Virus record (IMG/VR): IMGVR_UViG_3300032046_000065
Coordinates: 1 to 42,528 of that record
DNA length: 42,528 nucleotides
Source of the DNA: a virus
Lineage: Duplodnaviria > Caudoviricetes
Reading direction: 5' to 3' (one strand)
Shown: positions 33,991 to 42,528 of the stretch, in pieces
Layout of the letters: the number at the start of each line of letters is the position of its first letter
Numbering within the stretch: position 1 is the stretch's first letter
Notes under the pieces: model-generated
What the model was told of the DNA's origin: nothing
What the model saw: the letters and a program-made list of their open reading frames with translations, nothing else
Databases searched by the model: none
Program-made: the position numbers and the translations under genes

Positions 33991-34752
33991 TTAGATGGAA
34001 ATCTGGAGCATGATGAGCGGGCCGTTGTCGCTGTTGTAGTTCATCACGAAGCCCGCGTGCTGATAGTCCGTGCCGTGCGCTTCCATGAACACGGCGTTGT
34101 TCGACCCGAACACCAGTTGCCTGATGTCACCCGAAGGCACAATCGTCTCGCCCGGCGACACCACGCACGGTCCCCACGTCTGGCCCCAGAAGTTGTAGCC
34201 GGACGCTGCTGTGCAGGCAGGCACGGCAATGCAAGCCGCCTTGCCGGTGGCCGTCTTGGTGCAGAGCGAGTAGGGATTCTCAAACATCTCGCAGTATTCC
34301 GTTCCTGCGATTGTCTGGTCGAACGGTTCCGAAACATAGCACACGGTCGTGGCTGTGCCAGATGCTTCGTTTCCGGTGACGTAACGGAATTGACCACCAC
34401 CACTTGCATCGTAGATGAATACATACGCCCCTTGCAGTTGGTTCTTGGTAAATCCCGTTTCCGTAATCTCGAACGAGGTATCACCGATGGCCGCTGCGAC
34501 GGTCAGAACCTCGCCAATCACGTCGTCTGCAAGCGACTTGCAGGCGTGATACCCGTCCACGCCGCCCGTCGTCGCTAGACAGTATTTGAACAACCGACCG
34601 TCCGGCTTTATCAGCCGTTGCCCGTACACAAACTGCTTGGTCGCAGAATTGGCATGGATTCCCATGCGCCCGGTCGTTCCACCCAAGTCCAGAGGGTTTG
34701 CCCCCTCCCCAATGGCGGGAAGAAGGTTTTGGGGACTTAGCATCGTACTCAT
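33991..34752 (-). CDS. Capsid decoration/cement protein
   Basis: Follows the capsid gene; G.R...DGR.FKY and FWGQTWG motifs. Confidence 0.65.
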   Translation of the reverse strand: MSTMLSPQNLLPAIGEGANPLDLGGTTGRMGIHANSATKQFVYGQRLIKPDGRLFKYCLATTGGVDGYHACKSLADDVIGEVLTVAAAIGDTSFEITETGFTKNQLQGAYVFIYDASGGGQFRYVTGNEASGTATTVCYVSEPFDQTIAGTEYCEMFENPYSLCTKTATGKAACIAVPACTAASGYNFWGQTWGPCVVSPGETIVPSGDIRQLVFGSNNAVFMEAHGTDYQHAGFVMNYNSDNGPLIMLQISI

Positions 34753-34815
34753 TTTGAGCCTCCTTTGTTTGTCTTGTTTCTCATTCCACTCACGTCACGA
34801 GTTTGTGGCACGTTC

Positions 34816-35763
34816 CTACGCCTGCGTGAAGTCCGGCGTCGGCGACGGAGCCAGGATGAACTTCACAACGCCTGGGCCTTGTAACCGTGTCGCCCCGACA
34901 CGCATCTTGGCATACGGCTGAACGCTGTAACGTTTCGTCGCCAGGGTGTCCACTTTGGTCTCGATGTCTTTGGCTTTCGCCAGAAGCACCGCGTCGCGGT
35001 GATACGCGAAACACTCGATGCCGCTGACATCAACCGCGTGGTACTGGAACCTGTCGGTGGGCAACCACTTGAAGGTGAAGCCCATGTAGGTGTCGATCTC
35101 GCCACGGGTCAACGCCTTGATGGTGGCGTAGTCGCCGCTCGTGACCTTCGCCGAACCCAGCAGATACGTCTGGTTCGTGACGTTGGCGACAAGCGTTCGA
35201 CCGTCCGCCGGAACGTTGGCTTCATCGAGCAGCAGTTTGATAAGCCCGATTTTCGCCAGCGTCAGGCCGGTCTCGGTTGTGGCTCCGGCATCGCTGCCCG
35301 CCGCAATCAGCGAACCCGTCCCGTTGATGACCCGCGACTCGCCCGCGTCGTAGAAGTTGACGCTGGTGGTCCCGGCCTTGCCCGTGAGAACTGCGCCGCC
35401 GAGAGCCTCAAGAATCCGCTCGTCTTTGGCACGGTTCATCGCGGCAACGGCGACGCGGATGTAGTCGCTCGTGGGGTCCACGAGAGTCTGAATCTTGTCG
35501 TCATCGTCGATGAGGTCGGCCCATTCCGCCGTGTGCAATTTGCAGGCCCGGCGGCTGTGGGGCGTGTCAATCTGCGGGGTGTCCGAATGACGCGGCAGGT
35601 CCCACACCGGCGACACTTCGCCGATGAAGTCCCAGAACTTCACTTCGCCTTCTTGCGGTTCGTTCCGCACCGTCCCTTCGAGAACGCTCTGCGTTTGCTG
35701 AAACTTCAACTCGAAGGCGGCCTTATACTGATTCTTAAAGGCCTCCGTAATTTGCTGACTCAT
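34816..35763 (-). CDS. Major capsid protein (BPP-1/podovirus-type HK97 fold)
   Basis: MSQQIT.AF..QY, RH.DTP, ADLID..DK, AM.R..D, G.I.T.MGF.F, GATR..GVV; SD AAGGAGG. Confidence 0.9.
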   Translation of the reverse strand: MSQQITEAFKNQYKAAFELKFQQTQSVLEGTVRNEPQEGEVKFWDFIGEVSPVWDLPRHSDTPQIDTPHSRRACKLHTAEWADLIDDDDKIQTLVDPTSDYIRVAVAAMNRAKDERILEALGGAVLTGKAGTTSVNFYDAGESRVINGTGSLIAAGSDAGATTETGLTLAKIGLIKLLLDEANVPADGRTLVANVTNQTYLLGSAKVTSGDYATIKALTRGEIDTYMGFTFKWLPTDRFQYHAVDVSGIECFAYHRDAVLLAKAKDIETKVDTLATKRYSVQPYAKMRVGATRLQGPGVVKFILAPSPTPDFTQA

Positions 35764-35933
35764 GGTTCGTCCTCCTTGTTCCGGTTGACCAAAAACAAAA
35801 CAACCCGATTTCGGAGAACTCCCCGCTGAATCAGCGGATTCATCCTGGCTCGTGTCACGCCTGCTTGCGGCGGCTGTCTTTCCAGCAGTCCGCGCGGAAC
35901 CCGTAGGTCTGCCCGCGTCTTCAACTCAACTGT
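35764..35933 (-). promoter_or_regulatory. Structured leader upstream of the capsid gene
   Basis: 170-nt non-coding gap with several stems (CGCGG/CCGCG, GCTG/CAGC, CCGCTGA/TCAGCGG). Confidence 0.4.
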
Positions 35934-36815
35934 CTAGGCGGTCGCGGCTGGCGAACCCTCCGGGAATCGCCGTTTGTAAAGTTGCTGCAACCGCGCCAAA
36001 ATACGGTCGTGTTCCTTGCGGTTCGTCTGCCGGAGTTTGCCATCCGCGTACCCCGGCGTCGCCTCCAATTTTTCAATCTCGGACTGGATGCCCGACGGCC
36101 TTTCCCCGTCCGTGTTCACCGACCTATCTTCAAGATACGCCTCGCCGAGTTTGGCGAACAACTTGGAGACCTTGACGTTGTTCCCAATGAGCGCCAGAAT
36201 CTCGTCCTTATCTTCCTCTGCGACATTTTCAGCGATAACGCGGTTCGCCAAACGAAGATTCTCCTCGAACTTCTCTCCCCAATCCTCACGGAGAACCGTT
36301 TCAGTTTCCTTGTGCGCGTTCGCCTCGGACTCCTCTTGTTCCTTGATGCCCGCCCGCAACCGTCCGGCTTCAAGGGCCATGACCCCCGAAACCTGGGCCG
36401 GAGTCAGGTGCAGGGCGTGAAGCCCCTTCACGGTTTCTTTCATCACCGTTTCGTCGTAGTAATCGCCCAGACCTTCCGGCACTTCAACCTTGTAGCCGTC
36501 CGGCGTTTCGGGTATCCCCATCGCCTTGCGGTACATCTCCAGGTCGGTCGGCGTGGGCTTCTCGCCGAGCGGCATGATGCCTTTGCCCTGGCTGCCGAGA
36601 AACTTTTCCTGATGGGCGAGCAGTTTCAGGGCGCTTCGGATGTCCGGTGTGGTCTTGTAAACTTTGCGGTCGCGCAAGTCTTCCGGCACGAGCGCGCCGA
36701 GCCAACCTTCCTTGAACGTACCATCTTCGTTCAAGAAGTCCGTGGCCTTCGGTTCGACTGCCGCGTCAGTATTTGTTTCTTCCACAACGGTTTCAACGGT
36801 TTCGTCAGGCGGCAT
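35934..36815 (-). CDS. Capsid scaffolding protein
   Basis: G.PETPDGY, LTPAQ, L..DWG..F..NL..A motifs; between portal and capsid genes. Confidence 0.8.
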   Translation of the reverse strand: MPPDETVETVVEETNTDAAVEPKATDFLNEDGTFKEGWLGALVPEDLRDRKVYKTTPDIRSALKLLAHQEKFLGSQGKGIMPLGEKPTPTDLEMYRKAMGIPETPDGYKVEVPEGLGDYYDETVMKETVKGLHALHLTPAQVSGVMALEAGRLRAGIKEQEESEANAHKETETVLREDWGEKFEENLRLANRVIAENVAEEDKDEILALIGNNVKVSKLFAKLGEAYLEDRSVNTDGERPSGIQSEIEKLEATPGYADGKLRQTNRKEHDRILARLQQLYKRRFPEGSPAATA

Positions 36816-37071
36816 TGTCCTCGTCCTCCTCTGTCCGTGCCCTCGTTGGCTCCCCGTCGTCCGGCTTCGCCGATACGACGGACCGTACATACAGAATCAC
36901 CGCGCGCTTGCCTTCCGTGAACGCCGACATCCGCTCACTGTTGCCAAAGAACGTCGTGTAGTTCTCAAAACAGAAGCGCGACAAGTCCGCCAGCACGTTC
37001 GCCCCTTCCTCGCTGCCGAAGACGTGCTGGTAGGAAAGAACCGTCTGTTTTCTTTTTTCTTCCGGCGTCAT
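36805..37071 (-). CDS. Bbp19-like small protein
   Basis: Y..VFGSEEG..VLADL..F...AF.EGKR.V.L. Confidence 0.8.
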   Translation of the reverse strand: MTPEEKRKQTVLSYQHVFGSEEGANVLADLSRFCFENYTTFFGNSERMSAFTEGKRAVILYVRSVVSAKPDDGEPTRARTEEDEDNAA

Positions 37072-37250
37072 TTCTTCCTCTTGCGCGCCTTGGCGTATTT
37101 CGCCGCCTTACCTGTCGGTTTCCATCCGTGTTCAATGCCTTGCAGCAACCGCACCTGCGCTGCGGCTTTTTGCTTCGTGGTGTTTTTTGCTTTGACTCCG
37201 TGCGGAGAAGTCACACGATAACCGTCCGTCTTTCGCACTGTGTATGGCAT
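37068..37250 (-). CDS. Small basic protein
   Basis: MPY.VRK..GY.V...G......T...A..Q..LL pattern, common in phage head modules. Confidence 0.65.
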   Translation of the reverse strand: MPYTVRKTDGYRVTSPHGVKAKNTTKQKAAAQVRLLQGIEHGWKPTGKAAKYAKARKRKK

Positions 37251-37252
37251 GG

Positions 37253-38905
37253 CTATTCCTTTCCTGCACCCATCATTTCCTCTGCCGGACTTCCGCGCTC
37301 CGGCGATTTTGTGGTTTTCCCATATGTTTTTCCGGCAACCTCGGCGGCTTCCAGCGCCTGTTGTGCCTCCATCTGTTCCGCCCGCACCTTGCGCTTCGCG
37401 GCAATCTGTTCGGGACTGGCAATATGAGATACCTTCATCCCATGACTTCGCGCCACATCCGGCAGCATGACATCGAGGTTGATGGTGTCCACCGCCTCCG
37501 GCGCAACCTGCGCCATCCCCACCACCAGTTCCATAAATTGTATCGCTGCCGTTGCCTGTTGATCCCGGAGTGCAAGGGCCAACTGGCCCAGGTACTCAAT
37601 CTTGTATCCCTTCAGCCATTCCGGCGGACGCGGCACAACGCCCCACTTCATCAAAAGGTCAATCGTCCGCGTGATGATGGGTGTCAGCAACTCCTCTTGC
37701 ATCCGCGCAACCGGCTGCGCCAGCAACTTCAACCCTTCCTGCGCCTTCATCCGAATCTGATAGGCCGTAATGTGGGTCTTGTCCATGTCCGTGAACTGCA
37801 AAAAGACGTTGCGGTAAAAGGCGTCGTGAATAATCTGCTGTTGTTCCTTCACGTCCTCAGTCGTCGTCACGTAGTTTCCGGTAATCCCCTGGTCCAGCGC
37901 CTTGACCGCATCGTGTTCTCGGACCCAGTTAACGGCATTGGGCCTTACATCCAGACCCCCTTCCATCGAGTTCAACTTGGCCGTGTAAGGCGGCTCGGCC
38001 AAACGATTCGCCAACTTCTGCTTCGATTCCCGCATCCGTTGAAGCATCCGAATGTCCGCCAGCGCCATGAGTGCCTGCCCGATGCCGTACTTCTCGCCCC
38101 ACGATTTCCTCCAGCGACAAACGGCGAACGGGAACGTCTCGTAGCCGGACTCCTTGACGATTTCCTTCGCCTTCTCGTCCACATGAAGAGACTCCCACCG
38201 AAACGAATCCTTGACCTTTCTTGCAAGTGGATTCGTCTCGCGCGGACGCACGACGTGGATGAACGGGAACCTCTTACTTTCGTTCGCCAAATCATCCGCC
38301 GCCTTCTGGACCTCTTCCGAGCAGTTCACGTATCCATATTCCTGAACCGCCTGCCGCGCCGTGAGTTCGTAGGACAGGATAACCGTGTCCACGAACCCAT
38401 TGGAATCCTCCTTGATTTGATAGAGCGCGATGTCGTAGTCTTTATAAACCAACCCAAGTTTCTGGTTCCAATCCACATAGAGGCAGCCGGTTCCGAGGCA
38501 CGACAGAACGTAGATGGTCTCGTTGATGTTGAGCGTGAAGTTCGAGGAGAACATTTTTTGATGAGCCACTTCCTCAATCATCGCAAAATAGCGTTTCACA
38601 TCATCGCGCTCGGCATATTGCGGGTCATCCGCAGAGAGCGCGAAAAACTTCTGTCCCGCTGGAAGCAACGTCGTCGCCAGACCCGCCGCGAGAATAGCCG
38701 CGTCCTGAACCGCCGTGCCGTCCACGTACCGAAGGCTCACGTCCTCTCCGGGCGACCGCTTTTGCGTGATGTGGGTATCGCGCGGAATACACAAGTCCGC
38801 CGCCTCCTGGTACAGGTTGCGGATATTCGACTGTTTTTCGCGTTCCCTGTCGCGGAGTTTAATTATCGCGTTGGCGCGGTCATCAGGCACGTTCTTGTCC
38901 TCCAT
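37253..38905 (-). CDS. Portal (head-tail connector, T7 gp8/Bbp21-like)
   Basis: D.TA...A..LA.GL, FPF...RW....E.YG.G, AL.D...LQ, TA.QI, R...ELL.P.I.R, IEYL..LA. Confidence 0.92.
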   Translation of the reverse strand: MEDKNVPDDRANAIIKLRDREREKQSNIRNLYQEAADLCIPRDTHITQKRSPGEDVSLRYVDGTAVQDAAILAAGLATTLLPAGQKFFALSADDPQYAERDDVKRYFAMIEEVAHQKMFSSNFTLNINETIYVLSCLGTGCLYVDWNQKLGLVYKDYDIALYQIKEDSNGFVDTVILSYELTARQAVQEYGYVNCSEEVQKAADDLANESKRFPFIHVVRPRETNPLARKVKDSFRWESLHVDEKAKEIVKESGYETFPFAVCRWRKSWGEKYGIGQALMALADIRMLQRMRESKQKLANRLAEPPYTAKLNSMEGGLDVRPNAVNWVREHDAVKALDQGITGNYVTTTEDVKEQQQIIHDAFYRNVFLQFTDMDKTHITAYQIRMKAQEGLKLLAQPVARMQEELLTPIITRTIDLLMKWGVVPRPPEWLKGYKIEYLGQLALALRDQQATAAIQFMELVVGMAQVAPEAVDTINLDVMLPDVARSHGMKVSHIASPEQIAAKRKVRAEQMEAQQALEAAEVAGKTYGKTTKSPERGSPAEEMMGAGKE

Positions 38906-38914
38906 TCCCCGCCA

Positions 38915-39289
38915 TCAACCCAGCACCGTCTGATACGAATGCGGATAAAGTGTCCGACGGCGGCGTTTGATTTCCGTCAACTCAAGCGGAACCCGCTTTT
39001 CGCGCGACAAACCCAAAGACTCCTCGCCGTAAGTCTGTCCGCCTTCGGTGAACATTCCGGGCGTTCTCGCAGGTTTCTCTTTCACCCCGCCCGTGAGAAG
39101 TGTTCGACGCCGCTTCATCTCCTCCGGGGCCAGCGGAATCCGCTCCTCGCGCGAAGTCGCTAATGTTTCTTCGCCGTAAGTCTCGGCGCCTTCCCGGAAA
39201 AGACCCGGCGTTCTCATGGGGGTCTCCGCCGCCCGCTTCTTCTTTCCGAACAACCCGCCGAACAGAGAAGACAGAAGCAACCCGAACAT
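38915..39289 (-). CDS. Small pre-portal virion protein with an internal duplication
   Basis: RRTLLTG and C-terminal TVLG motifs; two RTPG...KRRR units 49 aa apart. Confidence 0.65.
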   Translation of the reverse strand: MFGLLLSSLFGGLFGKKKRAAETPMRTPGLFREGAETYGEETLATSREERIPLAPEEMKRRRTLLTGGVKEKPARTPGMFTEGGQTYGEESLGLSREKRVPLELTEIKRRRRTLYPHSYQTVLG

Positions 39290-39300
39290 TGAAAGCCCTC

Positions 39301-40992
39301 CTACTCCCCCATCGCGTTCGCGTGCAACGCCACGCGCGGCCTATCGACCGCGCCCCAGGGCGACGCTATCTGCAACCGCTGCGCCGCTAACCAGAAGTAC
39401 CCAAGCGCGTGACGGTAATGGTCGTCTTCCGGCCCGACGTACCTGTAAATCGGTACGCCCGTCTTCTTGTTCGTCTCCAGTATTTTCGCCATGCTCGCCA
39501 CATGCTCGGCAAACAATTCCACTTCGGGCGACCGGCGCGGTATCTTCAACCGCCCTTCCGCAACCAGTCGATGCGTCGTGTCGCAAAGACTCGTCCTGTG
39601 CGATTTCACGATGCCCGTCTCGTCGTTCACCACATTGTCCGTCAACGCATTCTCGGTGTATTCGCACAAAAGAACGCGATACGGCTCGGCCTCCCTGAAC
39701 TTCCTGGCATCGTGTTCATAAGGCCGAATGTCAATAACGGTGATCTCAACGTTGAAGACCCGCGCCAAATCGTGCACGGCGTTCCAGGCCGACTCCATCG
39801 TCACACTACCGGCGGAACATGGTATCCGCACCAACCGCACTGTCTCGTATCGGTCCGGCCCTGTCCTGATGCCTATGACGACGTGGAACTCGCGCCCGAT
39901 GTCCACACCCATCGCACAAGGCCCGTCGAACCGCTGAAGCATCGGCTCCGACCCGCAACAATCCAGCACCTGACCGACCGATAACCGAGCCTCTTTCGGA
40001 GTGTGCGGCAACCCCAAACGCAGCCGATAAGTGTCGGACAGATTCGGATTCTTGGGGTCGTTGAACTCCTTGAGAATGTCCGCAGGATCGTTAAATGCAC
40101 TCGACAACTGGCTCCAATGGTATCCCGCCAAGTCTTTCACGTCCGGCTTCTTGGCGACCCACTCTCCGGTTTCCTTCCCCGCATATGTCGGCACGGCCTT
40201 CCCGCACTTCGGACACGCGATGTACCCCCGCCCGTCGTCGCCGATACGAACGCAGTCAGGAAACAGGGCATCCGCGCTAAACCGTTCTCCGCACACGCAC
40301 CGGCGAAACCAGTACCGCTGGTCAGACTGCCCGAACAGCCTGTCTATCCCCGCGCCCTCCGCCGTCGGATTGCTGATGTAACATTCTTCCTGAATCGCCG
40401 AAGCCCGCGACCGGCCCAACCCTTTGGCTATCGCGTCCTCGTCCATCAGGTCCAACTCGTCAAACACCACACGGTTGACCTGAATCCCCCGCAACTTCGA
40501 CGCCTCTTTCGTGTCCGACCCACCACCCACGTCCTGCGTCAACCGCGCCCCGCGAAGAAACAGGTTCGCGTTCCCGACCTTCTTCAAACTCGTCGTGTCC
40601 GTTCCCTTGCCCCCACTCTTGACGAACCGACCGATGCTGACAGGGTTCGCCGCGATCAATGGCCCGAACCGAGATTTGCTGAACTCCCCAACGTCGTCCG
40701 TCGTCGGAAACAGATAAAGCACCCCTAAAGCGTACCGACCGTAAATCATGCCGTGTAACGCCCTTAAAATCTCCAACTCCGAAAAACCCCCGCCCGTAGC
40801 CTTCATGTAACAAACCCGCTTATGCTGCAACTTCATCGGTTCCAACTGGTACGGATAGTGCGGATATATGGCAAACTCGCTCGATTGCAGACGTATCTTG
40901 TTCAACATCGCCCAATAGGCGCAGTTGTACGCGGCCATGACTTCGGGCGTTATCTCGGTCTGCAATTCGGGTTGTGTCGCAACCGCCGTCAT
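39301..40992 (-). CDS. terL: Terminase large subunit (lambda gpA-like)
   Basis: YQ.EP, MKATGGGFSE (Walker A-like), YLFPT, VVFDELD (Walker B), ISNPT, CxC/CPxC Zn site, MGVDIG nuclease, DHY.HA. Confidence 0.9.
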   Translation of the reverse strand: MTAVATQPELQTEITPEVMAAYNCAYWAMLNKIRLQSSEFAIYPHYPYQLEPMKLQHKRVCYMKATGGGFSELEILRALHGMIYGRYALGVLYLFPTTDDVGEFSKSRFGPLIAANPVSIGRFVKSGGKGTDTTSLKKVGNANLFLRGARLTQDVGGGSDTKEASKLRGIQVNRVVFDELDLMDEDAIAKGLGRSRASAIQEECYISNPTAEGAGIDRLFGQSDQRYWFRRCVCGERFSADALFPDCVRIGDDGRGYIACPKCGKAVPTYAGKETGEWVAKKPDVKDLAGYHWSQLSSAFNDPADILKEFNDPKNPNLSDTYRLRLGLPHTPKEARLSVGQVLDCCGSEPMLQRFDGPCAMGVDIGREFHVVIGIRTGPDRYETVRLVRIPCSAGSVTMESAWNAVHDLARVFNVEITVIDIRPYEHDARKFREAEPYRVLLCEYTENALTDNVVNDETGIVKSHRTSLCDTTHRLVAEGRLKIPRRSPEVELFAEHVASMAKILETNKKTGVPIYRYVGPEDDHYRHALGYFWLAAQRLQIASPWGAVDRPRVALHANAMGE

Positions 40993-40998
40993 CCCCCG

Positions 40999-41229
40999 TT
41001 ACTCCTCCAAGCCCACGTTGTCATCAAGACCATGCGCCGCAAACCATTCTTCTTGGGTTGGAACCGTTGGCGGAAGTCCATAAGTGTATTCGTGAACCGC
41101 TTGCCAAAAGGCCGCGTCCTTTGGAATCTTCTGACGCCTTTCCCATAAATCCTGCTGTGCCAAAGACATCACCCCGCACGGTACGTTGTGTCCGTCGTGT
41201 CCATCGCTCTTAAAGTATTTATACATCAT
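40999..41229 (-). CDS. Hypothetical protein
   Basis: SD AAGGAG; in the operon. Confidence 0.55.
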   Translation of the reverse strand: MMYKYFKSDGHDGHNVPCGVMSLAQQDLWERRQKIPKDAAFWQAVHEYTYGLPPTVPTQEEWFAAHGLDDNVGLEE

Positions 41230-41240
41230 GCCGCTACTCC

Positions 41241-41615
41241 TTAGCCCCCGTTACCCCCGAACCGACGCCTCATCTTCTCCGTCCGAAAGTCCCCTATCAG
41301 CGGCGAACGCAGTCGCGCTGACAACGCCGCCGCTCGCATCTCCTCCCCCAACTTCGACCCCACCTCGTCCCGCCGCGCATCGTACTTCTCGAACGCCTCC
41401 GCCGTCGATGACGCCTCAATCTCAAATATGAACGGCACAGAAACCTCTCCCAATACCAACACCGCCTTCCCGCGAAACCGCACCGGCAACACTTCCCCAG
41501 GCCGCGCCACCGGACACAGCCGCGTAATCTCTCGACCTTCTGTGTCCGCATACTGCGACAACTCGTACACCACCGGAACCTTGTCTACGCCTTCACCTGA
41601 GACGCTTTCTGCCAT
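41241..41615 (-). CDS. Hypothetical protein (start 41615 or 41654)
   Basis: SD GGGAGG before ATG 41615; P..FEIEA....EAFEKYD. Confidence 0.65.
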   Translation of the reverse strand: MAESVSGEGVDKVPVVYELSQYADTEGREITRLCPVARPGEVLPVRFRGKAVLVLGEVSVPFIFEIEASSTAEAFEKYDARRDEVGSKLGEEMRAAALSARLRSPLIGDFRTEKMRRRFGGNGG

Positions 41616-41898
41616 TTGACCCTCCCACACCCCAACGCCGCCATAATCGCTCAACAGCCTGGTGACTAACTACACGAACGCCTACCTCGACCTCTCGCTT
41701 CGGTTCCTGCACCAACTTCGCGTGCTGGAGACAATAACGCTTGCCCCTCACCGTCTCCGTAGCAAAACGCCTGCATTGCCGACTGTAACTTGCCCACGCC
41801 GTCTCCGTATGAACCATGCCCTGACATTGCTTCTCAAAAGTCCATCCCGGACTTCGCTCCTCTTTCCCCCACCACTTCATAAACTCTCGTGTCCTCAT
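41593..41898 (-). CDS. Hypothetical Cys/His protein
   Basis: SD AGGAGG; C...C...YCLQH. Confidence 0.55.
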   Translation of the reverse strand: MRTREFMKWWGKEERSPGWTFEKQCQGMVHTETAWASYSRQCRRFATETVRGKRYCLQHAKLVQEPKREVEVGVRVVSHQAVERLWRRWGVGGSNGRKRLR

Positions 41899-42079
41899 AC
41901 AAACGCCTCCTCTTTGCTCAGAAAACGGCTCGTTTGGCGGTTATGCGCTCTCGGCGGACACGAAATCCCAATACGCCCCTCCTTACACCCCACCCCACCC
42001 CTTACCAAACTGACAACAAGACCTGGATTTCATCAAAAACCCCTTACTTTTGCAGAAATATGCCAGAGTGAGTCCATCG

Positions 42080-42478
42080 TTATTCGACCCCGCCCGTCAG
42101 GGGGGGCAAGGGGTCTCCCGAAAATCGCTCGGCCTCGCCCCTCTCGCCTACCACCTGTGGTATCCCTATCCCGTCCGCCTGCTCTACCCACTCTGGCGCT
42201 AGCGCCGTGGCAGGTGGAGCGCAACATACTATGGCATTATCGGACGTTGGAGCCTGGTCATGCCCGTCGCCGTCGTGGTCAGCAAGGGCCTCGAGCGCTA
42301 CCGCGTCAAGCGCGCCAACCGCACACTCTCTGCGTATTCTGACGCGCGGGACCTTTCCCTCGACCTCCGGGACCAATTCGGGGGCGTTCGCTGAAAAACC
42401 ATGCGTAGGAATGGTATCCGCGAGCGCCACGGGCATTGTGGCGGGAGCAGACGCCTCTACTGCCCTCCCCGCCGGCAA
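42080..42478 (-). CDS. terS: Terminase small subunit, C-terminal part (joins 1-569)
   Basis: Begins LPAGRAVEA, identical and in frame with the left-end terS at offset 42401. Confidence 0.7.
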   Translation of the reverse strand: MPAGRAVEASAPATMPVALADTIPTHGFSANAPELVPEVEGKVPRVRIRRECAVGALDAVALEALADHDGDGHDQAPTSDNAIVCCAPPATALAPEWVEQADGIGIPQVVGERGEAERFSGDPLPPLTGGVE

Positions 42479-42528
42479 CCCGAACCCCCCCCCCCCAGCC
42501 CCCGCGGGGCGGCGCGCCCCCCACCCAC
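42402..42528. repeat. Terminal overlap, right copy (matches 1-127)
   Basis: Gapless alignment to the window start. Confidence 0.85.

Noticed and set aside
37244-39163. Long antisense ORFs (also 29035-30102 +, 13050-14156 -, 6409-7314 -)
   Set aside because: Shadow frames of well-supported genes in GC-rich DNA, with no motifs of their own.
42402-42528. Biological direct terminal repeat
   Set aside because: It falls mid-terS and identity decays toward both contig ends, which fits a circular-assembly overlap with read-end errors.
1-42528. Stop-codon reassignment
   Set aside because: Conserved genes are full length in the standard code, and TAA, TAG and TGA all end tightly packed genes.

Overview
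The window looks like one complete, circularly permuted ~42.4 kb GC-rich dsDNA tailed-phage genome. Bases 1-127 realign without gaps to 42402-42528, and the junction lies inside the small terminase gene. Two divergent arms start from a promoter region at ~780-1220 and converge at ~20230. The + arm carries small early genes, a NUMOD3-HNH endonuclease, RecE/RecT, a pentapeptide protein, a lysozyme-like protein, three N4/N6 DNA methyltransferases, a replication initiator with internal iterons, a resolvase-like protein, an ASCH-like protein, a metallophosphoesterase and a DUF6378-like protein. The - arm carries TerS, a gpA-like TerL, a podovirus-type portal/scaffold/capsid/adaptor, probable ejection proteins, two signal-peptide proteins with their own promoter, and holin/spanin-like genes. 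I recognised no integrase, CI-type repressor, polymerase or nozzle. The most unusual signals are: (1) a 410-nt non-coding array of tRNA-elbow-like RNAs, one nested inside another (10739-11149); (2) early genes bounded by repeated stop-hairpin-SD junctions, plus other genes bracketed by duplicated start junctions, suggesting RecET-shuffled cassettes; (3) Sec-exported proteins at the tail-fibre locus; (4) interleaved inverted repeats upstream of the HNH gene. All product calls are from motif recognition by eye; no database search was run.
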